A DNA stretch of 64,000 bases, taken from the IMG/VR virus record IMGVR_UViG_3300045988_132833. One strand, given 5' to 3'. The notes beneath the pieces were generated by a model. That model made no database searches. It had not been told where the DNA came from and saw only the letters and a program-made list of their open reading frames with translations. Positions 58,410-64,000 of the stretch are shown piece after piece. Positions within the stretch are counted from its first letter, which is position 1; each line of letters starts with the position of its first letter. Source of the DNA: a virus. The position numbers and the translations under genes were made by a program.

Positions 58410-58483
58410 TAGCGGAAGTAGGACTTGAACCTACGACCTCAACATTATGAATGTTGCGCTCTAACCAGCTGAGCTATTCCGCC
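58410..58483 (-). tRNA. tRNA-Met (anticodon CAT)
   Basis: Acceptor GGCGGAA/TTCCGCT, D-arm GCTC-AGCTGGTTA-GAGC, anticodon arm CAACA-TTCATAA-TGTTG, T-arm GTAGG-TTCAAGT-CCTAC. Confidence 0.7.
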
Positions 58484-58609
58484 ATCTCGTCTCTTCTTTA
58501 TCGTGTAGAGACTTAGGAACACGTATAGCCCGAAAGCTACCCACACACGATTCTCACGAACAGTAGTACTGCCATTTGATTCAAACAGCGTCTATGATTA
58601 TTTATCACC

Positions 58610-58698
58610 TGGTGTTCCCTATGGGACTAGAACCCATGACCCTCGGATTAAAAGTCCGATGCTCTCTAGCCTTGCGGAACCAACTGAGCTAAGGGAAC
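58610..58698 (-). tRNA. tRNA-Lys (anticodon TTT) with an enlarged D-loop; CCA encoded
   Basis: Acceptor GTTCCCT/AGGGAAC followed by ACCA, anticodon arm TCGGA-CTTTTAA-TCCGA, T-arm ATGGG-TTCTAGT-CCCAT; D-arm GCTC...GAGC encloses about 21 nt. Confidence 0.6.
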
Positions 58699-59027
58699 GA
58701 ATGACGTAGGAGTTTCTAGCTTTATTCTCAAACTACTAGAAGGTCTCCTACGTGTTACTCTTTATGAGCCTAACATTAATTTGGGATAATGTCAATCCTC
58801 AGCATTTTCTTGTTGAAAATCAACAAAAGTCACTAGTTTATGGATTACTAGAAACCTGAGAATGTGAAGGTACAAAACTCCAAGAGAGGAAACTTCGCTT
58901 CAATGTTTTTAACAGTAATCTTTCCATTTTGGAGTGCACCGGTTTCTATAGGAAAGACAGAGCTCTTCTAGCCTAGGACTCATAGAAGGGCTAAGGAAAT
59001 TATCCAGTACCGACTGGAACTATATTC

Positions 59028-59300
59028 TTACTGACGCTTATAAAGATTATACACCTCTACAAATGGTTTATCCATTAAGTTATTATCCTTAGCATATTCA
59101 AGGATAGCTCTTAAATCATTACCATTGTACCTTATGGCACGAATGGTTTTTGATTCAAGAAGGTTATTGGCAAGTGCAGCTGCTCGCATTGCATCACCAA
59201 TTGTTTCATACTTTGTTGCCTTCTCCTTATCAGGAGTAATTACGAGTTCATCATTAAATACTCTGATGAATGCTCTAGAAGTTACTTGAACTATAAACAT
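59028..59300 (-). CDS. Small protein, paralog of 55868..56086
   Basis: Shared C-terminal motif (see 55868..56086). Confidence 0.4.
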   Translation of the reverse strand: MFIVQVTSRAFIRVFNDELVITPDKEKATKYETIGDAMRAAALANNLLESKTIRAIRYNGNDLRAILEYAKDNNLMDKPFVEVYNLYKRQ

Positions 59301-59327
59301 ACTTATATATTTTTATTGTTAATAATG

Positions 59328-59401
59328 TGGGTAGTGAGGGACTTGAACCCCCGACCGCTTGGGTATAAGCCGAGTGCTCTAACCAACTGAGCTAACTACC
59401 C
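59328..59401 (-). tRNA. tRNA, anticodon uncertain (possibly TAT)
   Basis: Acceptor GGGTAGT/ACTACCC, D-arm GCTC-AGTTGGTTA-GAGC, T-arm GGGGG-TTCAAGT-CCCTC; anticodon arm CTCGG-CTTATAC-CCAAG has one mismatch. Confidence 0.45.
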
Positions 59402-59486
59402 GTAAGCACATCTTTCGATGTGCGTGCCTTAGTATATTCCACCTAAGGGTTTAACTCTCTTTAGAGAGACCTTGCCAAGTTGGGAT

Positions 59487-59650
59487 TAATCCATACACAC
59501 AGTGTCAACTGAAGCAGTGTCCGCATTGAGGGTATCTACCTGAACAGTATCAATACTGTCATTGTCAGCGTTAGCTGAGTTAGTAGAATTTCCACATGAA
59601 GCAAACATTGCTCCAAACATCAGTGCAAATGCAAAAATTAACTTTTTCAT
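59487..59650 (-). CDS. Small lipoprotein
   Basis: By-eye ORF MKKLIFAFALMFGAMFASCGNSTNSANADNDSIDTVQVDTLNADTASVDTVCMD with a lipobox FASC; below the ORF-track size cutoff. Confidence 0.4.
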
Positions 59651-59704
59651 TTTAATACAATTTAATTAAATATTTAAATTATCTATGCTACATCCAAAAA
59701 ATTG

Positions 59705-59775
59705 TTGGACCACTCGGATTTGAACCGGGACTAACAGAATCAAAATCTGTTGTGCTACCGTTACACCATAGTCCA
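59705..59775 (-). tRNA. tRNA-Gln (anticodon TTG)
   Basis: Acceptor TGGACTA/TGGTCCA, D-arm GTGT-AACGGTA-GCAC, anticodon arm ACAGA-TTTTGAT-TCTGT, T-loop TTCAAAT. Confidence 0.55.
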
Positions 59776-60027
59776 ATAAAGTAGAACTACCTTCACAGGC
59801 AATTCTACTAAAACAAAAACAAACAATAAAACAATGTTTGCGTTTTGTTATTGATTTGTGTCTTTTAATTATTGATTTTAGCAAAGTAGTGGGGCAACAT
59901 GTTAACGATCTACTACCTCAAGTTTTTCAGACTTGCGCTCAGACCATCTAAGCTATTGTCCCAATTCGCTAGAAAATCTATTCACATAGACTTCCTAGCT
60001 TGCATATCATGCCTACAAAACAAAGTG

Positions 60028-60102
60028 TCCACGGTACAGGACTCGAACCTATAACCTAGAATTTAGGAAACTCTTGCTCTAATCCAATTGAGCTAACCGT
60101 GG
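60028..60102 (-). tRNA. tRNA-Arg (anticodon CCT)
   Basis: Acceptor CCACGGT/ACCGTGG, D-arm GCTC-AATTGGATTA-GAGC, anticodon arm AGAGT-TTCCTAA-ATTCT, T-arm ATAGG-TTCGAGT-CCTGT. Confidence 0.55.
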
Positions 60103-60162
60103 ATGAAAATAGTATCTATATTCACATACCAATACTATTACTTTACAAAATAAAAAATGGCG

Positions 60163-60236
60163 TGGAGCCTGAGGGATTTGAACCCTGAATTTCACTTTGC
60201 AAAAGTGATATGTTAGCCAATTACATCACAGGCCCC
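60163..60236 (-). tRNA. tRNA-Ala (anticodon TGC)
   Basis: Anticodon arm TCACT-TTTGCAA-AGTGA, D-arm ATGT-AATTGGCTA-ACAT, T-loop TTCAAAT, acceptor GGGGCCT/AGGCTCC. Confidence 0.55.
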
Positions 60237-60359
60237 AAAATGCTACTGAAAAAGCACTCTGGCACAAACAGTAACTAGTCTTGTACTTTGACTTTGTTTC
60301 GAGGATTCAGTATCGATGTTTCCTCCAAGTTCGATGGCATTTGTTGCAAGCCACGAGCG

Positions 60360-60605
60360 CTAGATTATTAACCCAAATAATCCTAAAAGCTTCACACACA
60401 ACTTATAAATAAGTGGTAGTGACATTAGGAGTATCAAGAAAATAGCATTATATTCTTTATAAGTATATTTCATTCTAATTAGAGTTATTTCTTTTCCTCT
60501 GCAATCCTTATATTTATCACCAATATGGGCTGCAAAGTTTTTGAACCATTCTGGTAAATCTTCTCTATCTTTTACTTCATTATAAGAGGAATAGATTTTT
60601 CCCAT
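60360..60605 (-). CDS. Small membrane protein
   Basis: 81 aa with a C-terminal hydrophobic segment. Confidence 0.3.
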   Translation of the reverse strand: MGKIYSSYNEVKDREDLPEWFKNFAAHIGDKYKDCRGKEITLIRMKYTYKEYNAIFLILLMSLPLIYKLCVKLLGLFGLII

Positions 60606-60840
60606 TTTATATACCCATTCTTGTCATACTCTTTAAACTCCATACTTTCTTACCTTTAATTGTAATTCTCTAAATTCATCTTTAGAAAGAACTTTCTTAA
60701 GAACTTCTAAAGAGACATAAGTATGAGAAGTATCTGGAAAATTCATCATAGGGTGTTCTGTCCAAATATTTCTCGTGATGTCATTAGTATAAATATATTT
60801 TTTCATCTCCTTATCTCCTTATCTCCTTATCTTATTAGCG

Positions 60841-60911
60841 CGCCCTGTGATGGAGTCGAACCACCCTAGCGAAATTAACAGTTTCGAGTTCTACCGATGA
60901 ACTAACAAGGC
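60841..60911 (-). tRNA. tRNA-Asn (anticodon GTT)
   Basis: Acceptor GCCTTGT/ACAGGGC, D-arm GTTC-ATCGGTA-GAAC, anticodon arm CGAAA-CTGTTAA-TTTCG, T-arm GGTGG-TTCGACT-CCATC. Confidence 0.65.
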
Positions 60912-61104
60912 ATATCCACTATCGAGTTCCTCAAGCTCTTGTAATTGAATACAGATAGTGGTGGAAGGTTTCTAGATTACCTTCTAACTGACTCTCTTTT
61001 GGCGTAGTCACATCCTTCTGTCATTATAGTGTACAGATAGCACTGAGGAACACAAGACTTATATATGTCTTGTCTCAAAACTAACTTCTAAATAAGAAAC
61101 AGCG

Positions 61105-61175
61105 TAGCCCATGAAGGAGTCGAACCTTCCTCTTAAAATAGAGAGTTTTAAGTTCTACCGCTAAACTAATGGGCC
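61105..61175 (-). tRNA. tRNA-Glu (anticodon CTC), probable
   Basis: Acceptor GGCCCAT/ATGGGCT, D-arm GTTT-AGCGGTA-GAAC, anticodon arm TAAAA-CTCTCTA-TTTTA, T-arm GAAGG-TTCGACT-CCTTC. Confidence 0.5.
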
Positions 61176-61200
61176 TTATCTAAACAAAATTCTTTTAAGT

Positions 61201-61870
61201 CTCTTTTAGTACTAGGCAGACCATATCTCATACACCATTTTCTAACAGCATTATCAGATACTCCATACTTTTGCCCAATCTTAATAAAGGAAGTAGTTAG
61301 AATTAGTTTTTCTAATTCTTCTTTACTCGGTTTATTTTCGATTCTATCCTGGGCATAGTGTTTTGGGGCGCATTTCCTGCAATAAGCGGATCGTACATTT
61401 ATTTCTATTCCGCAGTCTCTACAATAATTTTTTGCCTTCTCATGTCTACTTCCCCAGTTATCTGTCTGTGAGTGACAGTTAGGACAAAGTACCTATAGAT
61501 TTTCCAATCTATTATCGTAGTGATTTCCATTAATGTGGTGTAGTTGATAAGTAATAGGATTATCTAACCAATATCCATTCTTACAAGGACATTTAGGATT
61601 TTCACATTCATTCCTTTTAAGACCTTCAGATATAAGTCTTTGTAGAAGCTTACTAGACTGATAATTACTACCATTAACTAATATATCTTCTAATGGAATT
61701 AACTTTTTAGAAGATTTATCTGGCAGAAAGTGATAATCTATTTGATGTAGATCAAGTTCCTGTTTTAATAGTTTCATGGAAGCTCCAGACACAGCCTTTC
61801 CCTATCTTCTAATAATGTCTGATAGACTTGAAGAGGTCTTTACAAGATTTTGTAATTCGTCTTTATTCAT
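61201..61870 (-). CDS. HNH homing endonuclease paralog with at least two in-frame TAG codons
   Basis: MNKDELQNLVKTSSSLSDIIRR[TAG]GKAVSGAS...HHINGNHYDNRLENL[TAG]VLCPNCHSQTDN...; the TAG occupies the position of Arg in the paralog motif NRIENLRMLCPNCHSQT at 56674..57192. Confidence 0.5.
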
Positions 61871-62231
61871 TATTTCTAAAAATGTTAAGTCCTAACCACT
61901 AGACGATGGCGATAGAAGCAGAGTACAAACTAAAGATATTTTTAGCAAAATAAGTTTAAAATTCAAATCGTAAAGTTTGCTGTAAGTACTCTTATTATAA
62001 TTTTAAAAATTACAAGAAATGTCAGAGAACAGAACACTTTTGTACTTCCAAAAAGTTGCGGAACAAAATTGCTGTCAGTGTTCTTATATCTATAACCAAA
62101 AAATTCATAAACTAATCAGATGACGTTTTGGTTGTTTATTTACTTCGGACAACCTCCGAACACTCAATTACCATAAAATTGCGTTTGGAATAAGTAATTT
62201 TGCTGTGCGCCATCTTGTTGGTGAAAAGAAG

Positions 62232-62304
62232 AGTCGTGAATGGGACTCGAACCCACCCATTTAGCTTGGAAGGCTAACATGCTAACCACTAACACCACCA
62301 CGAC
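62232..62304 (-). tRNA. tRNA-Gly (anticodon TCC)
   Basis: Acceptor GTCGTGG/TCACGAC, anticodon arm TTAGC-CTTCCAA-GCTAA, T-arm GTGGG-TTCGAGT-CCCAT. Confidence 0.6.
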
Positions 62305-62457
62305 ATAGGTTTTTATTAACTTCTTGTTCTTCTTTGTAAAATTGTATAGCAAAGATAGTATCTACAAAGAAAATTGCAAAATCAAATACTGTTAAAAATT
62401 TGTAAATTGATCTAAATCAAGTCTTCCTCATAAATACTATCTTAACCCAATAAAAGA

Positions 62458-62868
62458 TTATATATCAAGACATATCTTTTGGACACTGAGTACAACATCC
62501 ATACCATTCTCTCTTAAGAGTTTGATCGCAGCTTGTATATCAGGTCTTTTAAGTACATCCTTACGCCTCTTCTTATCGTACCATTTATTATGATACGTAT
62601 TCACTTTCTTTTGGTATTCCTTATAAATCTCGTTAAGCTTATGAAAATGAATAGGCTTATTAGGATTATTAAAGCAATACAAGTCATCTCCAATTTGCTT
62701 TACAAGCTCAGAGTTGGAAAATACCGTCCAAAATACTGGATTTGATGGTATTCCACAACTCTTAAATCCTTCTCGGATTGTATCACTTGTAAAAGGAGTT
62801 TTAGCTAGCTGGTGGCGCAATGTATTTAATCCTACAATATGCGCCTCAGCATCAAACTTCTTAGCCAT
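62458..62868 (-). CDS. Hypothetical protein
   Basis: 136 aa ORF. Confidence 0.4.
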   Translation of the reverse strand: MAKKFDAEAHIVGLNTLRHQLAKTPFTSDTIREGFKSCGIPSNPVFWTVFSNSELVKQIGDDLYCFNNPNKPIHFHKLNEIYKEYQKKVNTYHNKWYDKKRRKDVLKRPDIQAAIKLLRENGMDVVLSVQKICLDI

Positions 62869-63115
62869 TGATCTTCTCCTCGTGAAGTCCGCGCATCTCC
62901 TCTACTAAGTCTGAGCACCAATCCATAGTGCGACCATGATACTTGGAGAATAAATCCACGCCAAGGAAAGTTCTAGGCTGGATGTCATGAATCTGGTTGT
63001 TCTTGTCAATTGTAATCTCCAATTCAAATGGGAGATTCACAACAGCCTTCTGCTGATTCTGACCAACCTGTGCATCTTTGTTTGTAGTGATAATAGCTTT
63101 AAAATTCTTCAACAT
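62861..63115 (-). CDS. Hypothetical protein
   Basis: 84 aa ORF overlapping the previous gene by 8 nt. Confidence 0.35.
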   Translation of the reverse strand: MLKNFKAIITTNKDAQVGQNQQKAVVNLPFELEITIDKNNQIHDIQPRTFLGVDLFSKYHGRTMDWCSDLVEEMRGLHEEKING

Positions 63116-63244
63116 AGAATTTCACCTCCCTAGCGAGGATTTGTTACGTCTAGGAAAAATTACAGTCTTTGACTGTCAGTCAGTATAATTTTTCAAGCGG
63201 AGCTACTATTATTCACTCAAAACTATACAAAACTAGAAATGTGT

Positions 63245-63335
63245 TCCCTCTCTAGGTATCGAACCTAGTAACTATCTCTTCTATAGCCTACAGATAAGAA
63301 AGTTAACAGCTATACTTGTGGACAGGGACTATTTA
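63245..63335 (-). tRNA. tRNA-like element (T-arm CTAGG-TTCGATA-CCTAG), probably a long type-II tRNA; anticodon undetermined
   Basis: Acceptor candidate TCCCTGT/AGAGGGA with one mismatch; the interior includes a CTAT-AGAAGAG-ATAG hairpin. Confidence 0.3.
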
Positions 63336-63617
63336 CTTTCTTTTAAGGAGATGTTATCCTATTTTAGAGGGAATTGTGAGAGCAATACGAATCGAACGTA
63401 CTTTGATTACTTGATGTATTAACTTCATCCACTATCATTTATTTGCTAAAACATTACATAGCTAATAATGGAAAGTCTTCACCTGCAATATTATTTTGCG
63501 TTACCTTTTTATCTTATCACCTGTCCTATGTATTTGCAACTACATAGGTAGCTCCCAAGTTCACCTTTTCATTTAATTGAGAGGTGTAACTCAATTCTTT
63601 TAGGATTGAAACTTTCC

Positions 63618-63914
63618 CTAGCCCATTTTCTCAAAGGCTTCTTTGAAAAGTTTGTCTGCATCCTCCTTGGTAGGATTCTTCATTTCCTTCAACTTCTTCT
63701 CAATTTCAGAAGCTTTAGAAAGAACCTTTCTCATTTGCGCATGAATTGCGACATGTCCTGCCAAAACTGATGCAATAACCATAGCCTGTACTTCCTCAGG
63801 AAGTTCTTTAATACTTTCTTTAAAGCTAGTGTCATCGCAACTAAATCCCATTGCTACAGCTGAGGTTGCCTTGTCTACAACCTTAGCACTGTACATTTTG
63901 TCTCCTTTTTCCAT
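63618..63914 (-). CDS. Hypothetical helical protein
   Basis: 98 aa ORF; A14 leader upstream of the ATG. Confidence 0.4.
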   Translation of the reverse strand: MEKGDKMYSAKVVDKATSAVAMGFSCDDTSFKESIKELPEEVQAMVIASVLAGHVAIHAQMRKVLSKASEIEKKLKEMKNPTKEDADKLFKEAFEKMG

Positions 63915-64000
63915 TGTTTTTTTTTTTTTTAGTTAACTAATTAAAGATATAGCCTACCATTCTTTAGCTATACCAAATTTCTGGAAAGTTTGTCATCTTA

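Noticed and set aside
58699-59027. Possible TAG-containing gene in the 330-nt gap
   Set aside because: Minus-strand translation hits TAA and TGA as well as TAG within 40 codons of every candidate ATG, so it is not explained by TAG recoding. It is treated as non-coding.
60028-60102. Anticodon loop of tRNA-Arg(CCT) read one position over as CUA (a second suppressor candidate)
   Set aside because: The only 5-bp stem that pairs (AGAGT/ATTCT) places the 7-nt loop as TTCCTAA, giving anticodon CCT. The CUA register would leave the stem unpaired.
1-64000. CRISPR arrays, integrase/attachment sites, transposases
   Set aside because: No spaced direct-repeat arrays and no integrase or transposase-like ORFs were seen. 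The T-arm-containing minihelices are closed hairpins rather than tRNA 3'-end att cores.

Overview
This 64 kb window is AT-rich and densely packed with genes, essentially all on the minus strand. It reads as a large tailed-phage genome segment, most likely infecting an anaerobic Bacteroidetes host. That inference rests on three observations: A-tract leaders with no Shine-Dalgarno sequence before the ATGs, an anaerobic class III ribonucleotide reductase (NrdD/NrdG), and a near-canonical sigma-70 region 2 at the window start. From coordinate 1 onward the window contains a truncated sigma-70 gene, a vWA protein, an RNA/tRNA repair cluster (Rnl2-like RNA ligase, Thg1-like 3'-5' nucleotidyltransferase, ATP-dependent ligase), nucleotide metabolism (dUTPase, NrdD/NrdG, phosphoesterases), a replication module (Toprim primase, SSB-like, Sak4-like ATPase, DnaB-like helicase, SF2 helicase), an NAD+ salvage module (PRPP synthetase, NAMPT), RNase H, a TAG-interrupted structural/late block at about 33.7-37.0 kb, an OmpA-like protein, an OmpR-type winged-helix protein, a flotillin/NfeD pair, an amidoligase/GATase cassette, and a tRNA island at about 48-63.3 kb with at least 20 tRNAs interspersed with HNH endonucleases, an AAA ATPase and a TROVE/vWA (Ro60-like) candidate. 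The most notable signals are (i) TAG behaving as a sense codon, dense in late genes and sparse in early genes, with a CUA-anticodon tRNA-like gene immediately upstream of the late block; (ii) four tRNA-like minihelices consisting of an acceptor stem plus T-arm only; (iii) a tRNA-His-like gene whose encoded acceptor stem does not pair, sitting in the same genome as a Thg1-like enzyme. All tRNA and ORF calls were made by eye and need tool confirmation.
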